A stretch of DNA of 64,000 nucleotides from Octopus sinensis (GCF_006345805.1 NC_042997.1:109306001-109370000), one strand, 5' to 3'; shown: positions 23,451 through 37,667, numbered from the stretch's first letter. Notes: generated by a model not told the origin, from the letters alone. Numbers and translations: made by a program.

Positions 23451-24630
23451 TTGTGACATGCCATGCCATGTTCTACCTTATCAAAGACCTTTCGAAGTCA
23501 AGAGATCTCACGTTTGAATGGTCGACAGCTGCTTCTGATCTTACTGACTTACTTGCGGCAGCAACTTTCACCAGGGTTGGGTTGAGCCGGTTCCGACCAA
23601 CGGCTTCCCTGACGAATGCTGACCGCATCTGATGTTCGTCCATAGTATAGGAAAGGAAGCGCATCGGAAAGCGCCGACGCCTTAGCCGTAGTCGTCGTTC
23701 GTTGATGAGGTCTGTGTTCAGAATTTCAGTGGGAGTACAAGTCCACATGTGGTCCTCGATCGCACGCATACACACTTTCGGATAGTGTGATCCGTAGCAG
23801 CGGCTCACCTTGCCGTTGATTATCGATCGACGCCGATTATCGGAGTAGACGTAGCCTGGATTCGAAACAGGTTCTATAGACATGTCTCAACAAAATCTAA
23901 GGGGTGACACTCTGCCAGAGTCTTTCAGTACGCTGGATACCAACCTAGAATTTTTGAGGGCCCGTGCTGTTGCTGGATAGTCGTTGAGCCTATACTCGGT
24001 TCATCCAGCCTTTTAACAGGTTTTGTTTTTAGTTCTGCTGGATTTCTAGCAAACTTCATTACTCGGCAATCCTAGTGGACGACTCGACTATGCACAGATC
24101 GTACTGGATTCTATGCTAGCAGTAGCACTCATGACAGACCTCAAAAGTGACCTGACTAAATTATATTGCGGAAGAGCCCTGTGAAGTAGCCTATCCCTAA
24201 CAGAAACTGAGGATCGTCCAGTAAGTCATTTTCTTCGAGGAATCTTACCAGTTTCTCTCTGTCAATTCGTTTCCTGACTTTGCTGATTTGTGAAGTCAGA
24301 GGGATGGGCTCTGCACCCGACCTTATGAATAAGGGGTATTATGTCTTCCTTTAGCTTTTTCGGAGGCTTGCCACTTGTAAAGATAAATCTATATCATTTC
24401 AGGAGAAAGGTATAATTTACAGAATCGTGGAATAAATTAACAGAACGCAAAACGGAAAATAGACGATGAAAGCAACATTAACATGTAGCACATGTTTCGT
24501 TATTGCAGTATAATTCATAGAGTGGTTTATCTCACTAAGATGGGGTTTTATTTAAACACGCACACGCACACACACACACACACACACATACACGCGCGCG
24601 CGCACACACACACGCACATACATACATACA

Positions 24631-24661
<31 letters not shown>

Positions 24662-24762
24662 GCCTACAGAGAGGGAGAGAAAGACAGCGAAAGTGATAGA
24701 AAGATAAATAGATAGACAGATAGATAGATAGATGGATAGATAGATAGATAGATAGATAGATG

Positions 24763-24839
<77 letters not shown>

Positions 24840-25313
24840 GTGTGTAGACTGGTTGGTTGGAAGGAAAGATACGAATCTCCATTCTTTCTGTTTCCCTCTC
24901 ACTTTCTCTCTCTCTCCCTCTCACTCGCTCTCTAACTCCTCCTCTCCCTTTCTGTATAATAGCACACACACATATCCACGTTATTCTTATCAACATGACA
25001 ACAGTATTATGTCTGTTTTTGTCTGTGTATGTAGGGAAAATGTATTTATACAAACACGACTTTCTCAACACGGCAGCTAAAAGTTCAATGTCAAAGCTAC
25101 CACTTTTGGAAAAAGATATTTCTTATTTGAAATAACTGTATCTTAACTAAATGTCTTTGATGATTTTGTTGAGAAATGTGTGCTCATAACTCCACCCCCA
25201 CATAAAGATAATACTATTTTAATGTTTGTGTGTGTATCTAACTGTGAGTGGAAACGCGTCATTTTACATAAAGAGAAATGTAGGAGAGATGGATGGATAC
25301 ATAGATAGAAAAG

Positions 25314-25722
25314 TTTACATTTGACGGATATTTGTCCTCATCTTGTTTGTTGTTAGCACAACGTTTCGGCTGATCACCCCGGCCTTCATCAGATGTCTTC
25401 GGGAAATTTCGAACCTGGGTTCTCATTCCTAAGGTATTTTTCGATGTTATTATTATTATTATTATTATTATTGTTGTTTTTGTTGTTGCTGCTGTTGTTG
25501 TTGTTGTTATCATTATTATTATTATCATTATCATCTTCATTATCATTATTCAGGTCACTGCTTGGAATCGAACTCGGATTCTTGGGGTTAGTAGCCCGCG
25601 CTCTTAACCAATACGCCATATGCCCAGGTTCGAAATTTCCCCAAGACACCTGATGAAGGCTGGAGGGTATATCAGCCAAACGTTGTCAAACAAGATGAGG
25701 ACAAATATCCGTCAAATGTAAA
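25314..25722 (-). mobile_element. tRNA-headed short element with (AAT)n, a hammerhead-like tail and an inverted copy of its own 3' end
   Basis: Minus head gggcatatggcgtattggttaagagcgcgggctactaaccccaagaatccgagttcgattcc (25625-25565). Arms 25314-25419 and 25623-25722 are inverted repeats. CTGATGA at 25392-25386 (-) and 25650-25656 (+). Confidence 0.8.
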
Positions 25723-27581
25723 TAATCTAAATAACTCCACATCTCTTTAATAAAGAACTGTAAGATAGAATAGTGTTGAGAAAAATGTGTGTATACATAC
25801 ACGCGCGCGCTCCCACCGCACACACACACGCACACACACACACACACACATACAAACACACATACACATACATACCCACAAAGGGAGAGGGGGGATAAGC
25901 TGCGAAGCAAAGTGCGAGTTGTGTTACAGACGAACAGACTTCACAAAAAAGATAGTAATGGTTTCAAAATGGCCGTTTAATCTGAAAAGCAAATTTTATA
26001 AACTGCAACAGTCATCTTAAAAGCTGTGAGAGAGCTAACATCTGTTGTTTGGACTTCTGGAAATATAAGGATTTCCCAAATGTTTGTTACGCTACAGTCA
26101 ATGGTTAACAGGGCGGTGCGATGATTATTTAATACACCAAAGACATTTAACTACTGATAGTATAAAATTTTTACAGTAAAAGGATTTATCTAAATTTTAA
26201 GTTGAATCCAGTGTTATCCATATTTAGTTGACTCCAGTATCGTTTCATATTTGTTGGGTGGTAAATAATAAAGTGAGAGCTTTAACGTGGCTAATTTCAC
26301 TCTAAAGATTATCTACGGACGTTTTTTCTGCAAGTTATAAGAATTTAGAAACTTCGTGAGATATGAAGCTAATTATTTTTAACCGAGCTGCAAGGAGATA
26401 AACTTATAAATAGCATGTAATTTTTGACAAAATATTTCTTGGATGGAAAAATAGTTGAAAGCTAGCCTTCATCCAACAAAATTTCAGAGCATTATTGGCA
26501 GACAGCAATGAGAAATTCAAGAAATGTTTGATGAGCAAAGCCACAAAAAAGATTTCAATATGCATGTAAAAATAGATATAGACAATGGTTATTTGTAAGA
26601 CAGAAAATGAAGCAAATATAAAGATAGATAGACAGCAGTTTGGTCAAGAAAATAGAAAAAGAAACTTCAAGTATTTAAGCCAAATAATATAACAAGAAGA
26701 TCGCTGTGTAGAAGACTTTACTGAAAGTATAAATAACATTAAAAAGAGCATTTATAAGACTGGAAAAGATCTCCACCTCCAAAAAACATAATACTGCACG
26801 TAAAACTGAGGCTAGTAAACTGTGAAATTATACTAATTGTCCTCTGCAGGGAAGAAATTTGGACAATATATAGAGCAAAGAAAAAGAAGAAAGATGCCTC
26901 ACAGATCTGATATGTTCTCAGATTTGGCAGAATAACCTGAAAAGAGAGGGAAACAAATGCTGCAGTTTTAGAAAAGATGAAAGTATAAACACACCTTCAG
27001 TCGAGAATCAAAGTCCAAAAAGCTATTTTATGTTGTACAATGTACCATAAGTCATTGCCCAAGGCTATCTTGAGTGAAATGAAAAGTAGAGGCCGTCAAA
27101 GACGTTTGTGAATTGCTGAAATCCAAGAACAGACCAAAAGTATAGGCCTGAATGATGCGTGCAAATTGCTCAACACAGAGAAAATTAGTTTTGGGGTGCC
27201 GACGTCGCGACAAAGAAGAGATTATGGTTGATGGCTAATGATGCAACATTTTGTGAGACACATTCACATTATAATCAGAGGCCATTTCAACATCAAGACA
27301 AGTTTTCTAAATTATTCGATACCTGTAGAATGGAATCTATAACAAATGTAGCTACGTGACCATCTCTGGAATACAGGATTACGTGAGTGCATTTAAAAGA
27401 TTTTGCTTGACATTTTAAAATTTAAAACACTCTAATAACAATAACCATTTCAATATCATTATTTCTAAAGAACAGCAATATAAAATGGAATTTTATTAAA
27501 GCTATTACGGGAAATATTCTGCTTCTGAAGAACGTTGCAGTATATTCTACAAGTAAAAGAATCGGCAATTTTGGAGAGATT

Positions 27582-28512
27582 ATGCATTTAATTTAGACAG
27601 CTTTACAACTTACTGCAGCTATTATTACAGAGTATTACAGTTTGTGATGGGATTGTGCGAAGACTTTCCTCAATATCCTAATAACTGTAAACATAACTCC
27701 GGCCATACGGCATGTTTACCAAGGTCGCTAAACTTGATAGAGTCATTGGAAGTGGATAAATTTGATAAGAGATTGATTCTGTTTTTGCATAACAAATATC
27801 GGGGAGATATTAAACCTGGAGTCTGTGCTATGTTTCGATTGAAATGGGATGCGGAACTTGCCTTTCTTGCACTGAAATGGGTAAACTATTGTGAATATGA
27901 GAAAAGTAAGAGAGAAAATAATAATGTACCCGGCAAATATAGTTTAGTCCCAAAACAAAAGGCTTAGCATACACTTCTTGGGCTTCAGTGGTGCACGCAT
28001 GGCATTCCGAAATAGAATCATTTAATTATTCTAATCCAGAAGACGATGGCGCAGATTCATATAGAAATATGGTTCGTAGCACCACTCTCCTCGTCGGATG
28101 CGCAGCGTCGGTATGTTCCAATGTAGGGATGCTTCATGTTCGCAACTATGCCCCCGTGGAAGATACAAAAGCCCCTGTTTATAAAAAATGTTACGGACCC
28201 TATAAAACAAAGAATTGTGGTGACGAGATTTGTTACAATGGTGGCTATCTGTATCCTAGTAACTGTTCATGTATATGTTTAGACTTTGTTCATATAACTG
28301 GTCACCATTGCGAACTGAACTGTTCATATTCTGATCCAATTGACCCTTGCACAACAATAAACATATCACTATGTGCAAATAAAGAGACAAAATATAAATG
28401 TCCCTGGTTGTGCCATCAATGTGGCATCAATTACTCTTCGAGGGATATTAATCTTGACTCCTTTGTCCTTGTACATATACTAATATTAATATACATAATT
28501 TTGTTCATGTAA
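27582..28512 (+). pseudogene. psi-CAP3: disrupted CAP/CRISP paralog
   Basis: Homologous ATG at 27582 followed by TAG at codon 5 (TGG in CAP1/2); frame-breaking insertion in the signal peptide; 20 nt versus 18 nt frameshift at about 27941-27960; VCNY->VRNY. The body is otherwise near-identical to CAP2. Confidence 0.9.
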
Positions 28513-28666
28513 GATGGTCTTTCATTCTGCAGTTTGTGTATATTGGTGAGGAATTGACATCGTTCCATTTTATATGTCTGCAATGACATTCATGTTCCAC
28601 TCTTCCGTCATCCATAAAATAATTGAAACCTATAAAGAAGAGAAAGAAACGGAAATGTTATATAAT

Positions 28667-29067
28667 AAATACTAGACGTATCGCCCGGCATTTCTCGGGT
28701 TTGTTTCGACCCTTTAGAATTGGAATTTTTGAAAAGTAAAAATTTTGCATTATGTAGCTTTTTATTCTCTGTAAGTGAACATTTTTCTGGTTGAAATACA
28801 CCGAAAAATGGCGACACAGCAGTCAAAAAATCGTAAAAAGTAGGGATTTTCATAGAAAAAAAAGCACGTTTTTTATGTAAATAATTTTTGGTGCTAACAT
28901 GGTCCGATTTGAATTTTTTCTTCTACGGAAAGAAGAGCAATCCTTTTTCTATCATACTTTCAGTTTTGGTCAACTTGTGCCGCAGGGTCTTGGAGGATAT
29001 AGTGTTAGTTGAAGGCTACCAAACCTGCCGCACACAGACAACTTCAGCTTTATATAAAGAGATTAAG
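28667..29067 (+). mobile_element. Probable non-autonomous Helitron-like element
   Basis: Starts TACTAGAC..CGCCCGGcatttCTCGGG and ends cacagacaacttcagctttatataaagagat, the terminal style of Lep1/DINE-like Helitron derivatives (pattern recall). Confidence 0.5.
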
Positions 29068-29480
29068 GATTGACTGTATTTCAGGCGATCGGGCTTCTAG
29101 CAGGTTGTTCACGTGACATGAAACTTACTTTGTTAATCGAAAAGTTTGTTTGTGTAGAGGATATCGATAATCGGTACGGGCGAAGAAAGAAAGAAAATTA
29201 CTCCCACCAATTATCAGGATTTGTGACAAGGATTTGTCAGAAGGGGGATAATTACAGACATATTCCTTAAAGGAAACTTATATCAATTTTCATTGCAATT
29301 TATACATCAAATTAGGGATTGACAGTAATCTGTTATAATGCGAGATTACAATTTACAATTTATTTCCGTTAATATAAAGAGCTAAAACAATTATATCAGA
29401 TCTTATATATCCGTCTCAAATCCCATCACACAACGTCAAATGTATGTTACATTTGGAAGTAACGAACGACGATACAGCCA

Positions 29481-29702
29481 AGGCGGTCAGCTGGCTGAAT
29501 CGTTAGCACTCCGGGCGAAATGCTTAGCGGTATTTCGTCTGCCGTTACGTTCTGAGTTCAAATTCCGCCGAGGTCGACTTTGCCTTTCATCCTTTCGGGG
29601 TCGATAAATTAAGCACTAGTTACGCACTGGGGTCGATGTAATAGACTTAATCCGTTTGTCTCTCCCCTCTATGTTTAGCCCCTTATGGATAATAAGGAAA
29701 CA
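29481..29702 (+). mobile_element. Full-length tRNA-derived SINE, family 1, with 10-bp TSD
   Basis: GATACAGCCA at 29471-29480 and 29703-29712. Confidence 0.93.
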
Positions 29703-31907
29703 GATACAGCCACATGCCTATAAAGTATGTACCGTTGTGGTTAGTGAATTTAATGTTGTAAATATGAATGGTTGTCGTATGAAGGCATAACTTGGTGTCA
29801 TACTTATGAAAATGCATATTGTATGAACGAGTATCCTATGTAAACAACATTCCTTATACGACCAAATATATTGAGGGCTTATTAGGCTAAACTGTGTTTT
29901 AGTTTTTGTTTTAGCAGCACGATTCCGTCACCTTTCAGTTTATCTCTATCATTTGTTTTATACTCAACGTTAACTGGGGAATTTCTGAGGAAGATTCGGC
30001 GACAATTATGTTAATACCGTGCTTGACCTAGGGTAGCCATAAACATTGAGCGTGCTTTATCGGCGTATTTCTAGGAATATAGTCAACAGTTAAACATTAA
30101 CTTATACACATATATATGTATACATATAGTGATGCAAACAGGGAAAATATAGCTCAAAATATGTATATATACATATTTTTAATAATATTTAGCAGAAGTA
30201 ACAGAGTGACTCAAGGTCCAAGAGTTTCGTGCGTTGGCACTTTTCAAACTGGTAAGTTTGAGAAATGCCAACCACGGCTTTTGAGTCACTTTGTTGCGTC
30301 TACTAAATTTAAGTAAAAATACGCACACACATTTATATATACACACAGACACACTCACACACACACATATATATATATATATGTGTGTGTGTGTATGTAT
30401 ATATATATACATACATACATCATTAGCTGCGGAGGTCGTGGAAGAGACCCTGTGAGTCGTTTGCGACAAACCCCTCCAGAGATGGTGGCCTTCATAAAAA
30501 ATACTGGTGATTCTGACACCTTATTACCACTTTCCTCTGTATGAGATCAGTGGATAAAAGAATTGAAGAAATCACGGCGTAAATGACGACGGAATTTCAG
30601 ATGACATACTCTCGCCCGGGAGTGGGGGGGGGGTCCTGTGGGTAGCAGCACAGGCTCGATCGTCATTATTAGCCTGCCAGAGCAGAATGGATTAAGGCGA
30701 TGAATACAGTTGTCATGGAATGTTACTTTTGGAGCAGACTCGTTAATGGTGAAAGGAAGCCCACTAGGACACATGAGGGTAAGACATCTTCAGAAAAAGC
30801 AGCTTAATTGGGGACAGCTAGGATCTTGAGATTGATACCTGGAGGTTATGTGTCGTGGAAATAGATAGAGTCTGTGCGACCTTTGACTGCAAGTTGCTGT
30901 TCATTCTTACAGAATGAAACGGAGTAAGTAAAATGGAGAGATCTAAAAAGTAAGATGCAGATAATGGTCCTTTCTACAATAGGCACAGGGCTTGAAATTT
31001 TGAGGGAGTAGAGACCTCAAGCCTCTACTGATGCTTCTTTTATCGACCCCGGAAGGAGGAAAGAGGTCGGCTTTGCCTTTCATTCTTTTTTTTTTGGGGG
31101 GGGTCGATAGAAAGAGTACAAGTAATCAACACGAATATTGTAGTTGAGGCTAATATTTCTCCGTAGACAAGTTCTAACTGAGAAAGATGTAGACTAAAAA
31201 GTGGTGGCGGCGGCTGTGTTAGTGGTGGTTGTGGTGGCGGTCGTGGCGGTGGGGCTAGTGAATATGATTGCATTGGAGAGTTTCAACTGTTAGTAGCCTT
31301 TCTGGTGATATCATTAAATAGAATTAAATACCTCTCTTTTGGTAAAACAGCTTCGAAGCAAACAGCTGTATTGTGTCGTACTTTGAATAATTCCTGTAAG
31401 TTTCTTAGATTTTCAATTTCTAACGTTCGTCGTTTCTTTCTTTCTTTCTTTTGCCTAATAACTTAATTCCCTTCATTTACACACGACATATTTGTTTCAC
31501 CTGATCTGAAAAAGTATGATTTAATAATTCTTTGCAAACAAAATCTGGCGAGGAATCAAAATATTTTAAAGTTCTCCACAATTTATTTTTCTTGACTCTA
31601 TCGAACGGTGATGAAGGAATTGGTGTAAATGTGTCGCAAAATGAACGCTGCTTGCTTCAATATAAAAAATATTTCTCTTGCACGAAGCAATGAATTTCGC
31701 GTGACCATCTTCAAATCCCGAATATAGCGTTGCCAATTTCACCAAGTTCAAATTTAAGTTAAACTTGAAAGATAAGTAAGAAAATATAAAAATAATATTT
31801 CGTTTCAGAATTCAGTAACAGCAGATGGTATTGTGGAATCTCACAATTACAGTAGGAAGAGAAATGTTTTCTGAACAAAGGAACTTTCGGAAAATTTGAA
31901 AATAAAA

Positions 31908-32822
31908 ATGGGGTTGGCGACAATGTATTTTGGTTATTTCATTTTACTGTTGATGTTCCATAGCAGCCTTTCGGAAGTATATTGCCCCAAGAAATTTCGG
32001 AATAAAAAAAGTCACACAGCATGTTTAGAAAAGTCGCCTATGTTGAAGGAATCACTGACTGTCACTGCTGTGCAGAAGTCTATTCTAATCGCTTTGCACA
32101 ATAGTATTCGAGCCAAAGTTCAACCACCAGCCTGTAATATGTTCAGAATGCACTGGGATAATGAATAGGCCTATATAGCACAGAAATGGTCCGATAATTG
32201 TGTGCAGAAACATGATGAAATTCTAAACAGAAATATACCTTTGAAATATAATGTTGGTCAAAATATAGCTGCAAAATTTTCCAAATGGTATGATGTCATA
32301 AATTATTGGCGTTCTGAAGGCAAGGATTTTAAATATGGTAAAATTCATTTGAAGAATACAACATACTACACACAGTTAGTGTGGGCGACATCAATTTTAT
32401 TTGGTTGTGGTGCCTCTCTTTGCTCGAATATTGGCACGTTCTATGTTTGTAATTATGCTCCTGCAGATAACATAATCGGGGAAGAACCATACAAACGCTG
32501 CGATAAAAGGAGAAATTTGAAGGATTGTGGTCATAATCCTTGTTACAATTTCGGAATTCTTAATATCGAAGACTGTTCTTGTAGTTGCTATGAACAAAGC
32601 CATACGTATGGCCTTAATTGTTTACTAAACTGTTCGTTTTCTGACATCAGTATTCAATGCAAGAGAAGACCCGTGGATTATTGTCATTACGCCCATCTTC
32701 GCCCTTCGTGTCCCTGGCTCTGCAAAGAATGCAACATTGCATCTTGGTCTCAAAGAACTAATTGGTTCCTTCTTTTCGTTGTACAAATATTTATTCCGGG
32801 TCTAAAAATGTGTACACATTAA
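31908..32822 (+). pseudogene. CAP4: CAP/CRISP paralog intact except for one in-frame TAG (32166-32168); pseudogene, polymorphic null, or recoded gene
   Basis: ORFs 31896-32168 and 32202-32822 are in the same frame. WDNE*AYIAQKW aligns with WDNELAYIAQKW of CAP5. Signal peptide, all cysteines and the hydrophobic tail are retained. Confidence 0.85.
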
Positions 32823-33054
32823 TATTATCATAAGATCTAAATTTCCAAAGCCATAAATTCAGCAGCACGAATCAATGTAAACAATTAAAATCTTACATCT
32901 TTCACAATCATAATATAGTTTCATCAATATGAAGTTTTTAATGGAGCTTAAAATGTTTAGAGAAACGAAAATTAAACTTATCTTAATTATCTCACCAGCA
33001 TCATATTTCAAAGTGAATAGAAATTTGAAAAAGCATTTTCCCCCCTGTTTAAAT

Positions 33055-33550
<496 letters not shown>

Positions 33551-34248
33551 TATCTCTCTTACTCCTCTCTCTATTCATATCGAAATTTTTACCGAACTTA
33601 TATAATTCATGTAACAACTACAATTTTGTTACCCTATTGGTAATTAATCTCTTTAATTGAGATGTCGCCGTTAACGCAGAAAACACTCAGCAATACTCCA
33701 AAAGTAAAAATACACTTAAATCCTATATCAAAAAAAGGTTTTACATTTAATACACACAATGCTAAATGCAATAGAGAAAAACAACATGAAACAATAAAAT
33801 AATAACATCTTTAATGTCGGAATACGAGGATGGAGATGGCGGGATAATTGCTGTCCAGCTAGAAGCTTCCAATAAATAATGTAGCGTAAGATTTCGAAGT
33901 TAGTAAAGAGTGAAAGAAAATGGATTCAATCAGTTCCAAAACATTCTTTGCATCTTCAAACACATTAAGAAATGTGAAAGAGAAGTTGATATCAAAAAAT
34001 AAATAGAAGGTTGATGAAATAACAGTAGAGACATTAAGCAGGATGAAACTTTAAACTAAATTAGGCGGTTCGGCAACACGGGAACGATAGAATAACTATC
34101 AGGCTGAACACAAAAACAAGTACTGGAGTAGATTCATAGAATTTGGCAAGGATGCAAGAATGAGTAGATGAGAATATCTGTCCATTTGTGTTCAATTCTG
34201 GAACATTCCATTCAAACTACTTGTGTATGTGTGCGTGTATATATATAC

Positions 34249-34312
<64 letters not shown>

Positions 34313-34364
34313 AACAAAGCTGTCCGACGAACAGGAACGTGAAACTCCGAGTAACAGGTTTTGT
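34313..34364 (+). ncRNA. Hammerhead-like motif with variant CCGACGA core
   Basis: aacaaagCUGU-CCGACGA-ACaggaacGU-GAAAC(uccga)GU-A-ACAGguuuuguu. Stem I extends, stem II is weakened. Confidence 0.45.
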
Positions 34365-34424
34365 TGAATTTCTGCTGCTTTTAAATAAAGTATATATATA
34401 TATATATATATATAATATAATATA

Positions 34425-34835
<411 letters not shown>

Positions 34836-35005
34836 TTAAGTTTCATAGGGTCTTTAATATTAGTTTTTTCTGTGAGATTTGCACCATTCTACACTCATTC
34901 ATATACTTCTCTCTTTTATATATATGTCTGTGTGTGTGTGTATGTGTATTGTGTGTATGTGTATATATATATATATAATATAATATATATATATATATAT
35001 ATATA

Positions 35006-35060
<55 letters not shown>

Positions 35061-35199
35061 GATACACACACACAGGAGCAAATACCTTTCGACTTATTTA
35101 CTTATTTTAAAGCATGGTTGAGTCCATAAATAGAATTTGACTACACCTCCATTTAGAGCAGAGTTTAAGCTATCTTTTCGTGGAAGAAGGTTTATCCAG

Positions 35200-35535
35200 A
35201 TAAAAATTGCTGCAGCTCGGCTGGGATGTTACCCCACTCTTCATATTCACCAGATATTGCTCCTTCGGATTTCCACTTATTCAGGTCTCTGCAGAATAGT
35301 CTTAATGGTGAAAATTTGAATTCCTTGGATGTCGTAAAATGATACCTTGATGAATTCTTTGCCATGAAACCACCTCAATGCTGGGAAGCGGATGTTTTCA
35401 AGTTAAATGTAAGATGGAGACGCATTGTGCAACAAAATGGTTCATATTTGGTTGATTAAAAATGTAATGGCAAGTATTTATTGACCTTTTTCTCTCCTTT
35501 CAAAATCGGCACGAACTTTCTGGACAACTCAATAT
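35200..35535 (+). mobile_element. mariner (Tc1/mariner) transposase 3' remnant with right TIR
   Basis: Reads LGWDV..HSSYSPDIAPSDFHLFRSLQNSL (YSPDLAPSD motif)...RWRRIVQQNGSY, ending cggcacgaactttctggacaactcaata-TA. Confidence 0.85.
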
Positions 35536-35894
35536 ATATATATAGTGGCTGCTTTCTCGTACGCGAGAAAGAATCATTGAAATGAGACTTTGATAATGCA
35601 ATGTGAGGCCCTTATTTTATAGCAAAATGCACAGTTCTGCTGGCTGCCAGAAGGATCAAGTGCCACCGTATAAAGTCTTTAGACTTGTCTTCTTAATCTT
35701 CCAACTGAACGGCACATCTTTCCACAGGTTATATATGTTCTGCTGCCAACAACAGCTGTGTCATAATTTACAAGGGGTTGATTCTCGAGGCCGCTTTCAT
35801 GGCTGACCAGGCTTAAGTATTGTTTCCTACAAATCACACATCCAATAGTCCTTTGTATAATATCTAGAGAATATGCAGGAATGAAAATGCAAGA

Positions 35895-37360
35895 ATGAAA
35901 ACCCGAAGGATGAGGCTACGAGACCTCCAGCAAGTTACTCCATCTATAAAGCCGCTTGGGTTCGAGATGAATCCATCGAATTCGGAGGTGCTCAATGTGA
36001 GCGATAGCGAGGCTGGATTTCGAGACGTCATACGCATCTTCCAATCAATCTTGACGAGGGCTCAGCTGACACCTAAAGACCCTGTCTGCATCCTTAGCGC
36101 CCCAATCGCCGTGAAAGCCATTTCGGAGTGCCTGGAGGCAAGGCTGCTGACTTGTTCAGGATGACCGAGAGATTGGTGTCGCATTGAAACCCATCCGGAA
36201 CACTTCCTCGTGAGGAATCGCTTTTCTCTGCCAAGATTTCTTTTCTCGCTGTGCAATGCGCCATGTCCCCCAGACAGAGACCACCTCAGTAACTTCTATT
36301 ACTCCATCCATCTCTGTGTCGAACAGTTTTCGAAGCGCCGGCTGCCAACAGGACGAACTGCCGATTTCATTCGTTGGCCATGTTCTGCAATTTGCAGTGG
36401 AACAGACTCAGCCGGATTATCTCTCCACGGTCTACTCCATCCACATCCTCCATCGCGAGATATTCCATGGCTAAGCCGTACCTCATGTGGTCCAGGTACC
36501 CGAATCAGCCCTTGCCGTTTGGACCGATGTTGGGGTCGCCGTCCCCCAGCATATGTCCAGCGCAACTGTGGAGGCATCCGGTGCAACTCCGCCCTCGAGC
36601 AACTAAAATCATCTCTTGAACAGCTCAACGTTGACTCCATCTGTTTTGCCTCGCAGCCAAATATCGGTACATGGCTCAGTTCGGTGCCTTCCACATTTAC
36701 CTGTACCCTTCTAGATTGTGAGTGCATCCGTATGGGGGTGGCCCAACGCCGCGGTCTCTGCGTGTGCAAGCCATACAAATGTCGCTGCGGAGAAGTAGCA
36801 GACGAATTCAGCCCACATCGTTTATCCTCCAGCCTTAGAGCGAGTCGGTTCCCTGATTCGCCGCCGAGGTCGGTAAGCACCTCAACGTGATAACCCTTTT
36901 CCCATTCGAGGGAGGCAAATCCCTAGTATGGGACTCGACGTACAGTGAAATGTTCTCTGGTTCTAATCTTGCGTCATCTGCCGCAAACCCCAGTGTTGCC
37001 GCCCGTGACTCGAAAGAGCCAAAAATCAGTAGTTACAGAAGCCTAGCCGGCCATTACCAGTTTGAACCGGTTGCCGTCTAGATGTCCGGTGCTACCGATA
37101 TCTTCCGCAAAATAGGGATAACAGCGGCCTCCTAAATAAGAAATGAGCCCCGGCAAAATAAAATGGTCGCTGTAGCGAGTTTCACTGGTCATTCTCCGCG
37201 GTCACTTCCTTGGGGCGCATCTGAGCGCCCCTTTTTTTCTAGAATATGTGGCCTCTCGCCTCTCCCACTTCAACTTCCGTTGTTTTCCCCCTTGTTTCTC
37301 TAATTTGTCTTTTTCTTTTTTTTCTTTCTTTTTATCTTTTTAAGTCGACAATTGAAATAA
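35895..37360 (+). mobile_element. CRE-clade-like (restriction-like endonuclease) non-LTR retrotransposon, degenerate 3' portion, copy A
   Basis: ILSAPI...RNRFSLPRFLFSL (RT end); GTWLSSVP...IRMGVAQRRGL...CRCG...H zinc motif; TLFPFEGGKSLVWDST...KISSYRSL..HYQFEPVAV RLE motif; 3' UTR with AATAAA near 37356. Confidence 0.75.
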
Positions 37361-37667
37361 AGTTGATATTCGTGTTTTTCTGTTTGCTTCTGCTTCTGTC
37401 TTTCTATCCTCTTATTCTGTGATTCTTTCTTTCTTTATCCCTCTCTCTCTCTCTTTACGGATATATATATATATTTATGCATGTATGTCTCCGCGTCCAT
37501 TATTTCTCTGTTGTTATTGTTCGAGCTATTGTACTAAAGGATTAAGATTAAATCGTTTGAGAACGCTGCAGGTTTGGAAAAATAAAATTGGCGAAGACAA
37601 GACGAACACGATAGATAACAAGCTTCAGTTCTTCACTCACAACAGCTTCAAGCATTTCCCTTCGAAG

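Noticed and set aside
23473-23883. 136-aa minus-strand ORF (and similar GC-richer sequence at about 30430-30900) as host exons
   Set aside because: No recognisable domain or splice structure; more likely decayed retroelement ORF1 sequence, which I cannot assign.
25555-25625. Stand-alone tRNA gene on the minus strand
   Set aside because: No convincing acceptor stem or poly-T terminator; it continues into (AAT)n and a repeat tail, so it is a SINE-type head.
27594-27596. TAG in psi-CAP3 (ancestral TGG) as another editing-repairable stop
   Set aside because: Two additional frameshifts and a lost cysteine mean editing could not restore the protein.
37419-37667. 83-aa N-terminal extension of calcineurin B paralog a
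   Set aside because: The homologous leader of paralog b is out of frame with its CDS (one extra base), the extension starts in a microsatellite, and myristoylation needs Gly2 after Met 37668. Treated as 5' UTR.
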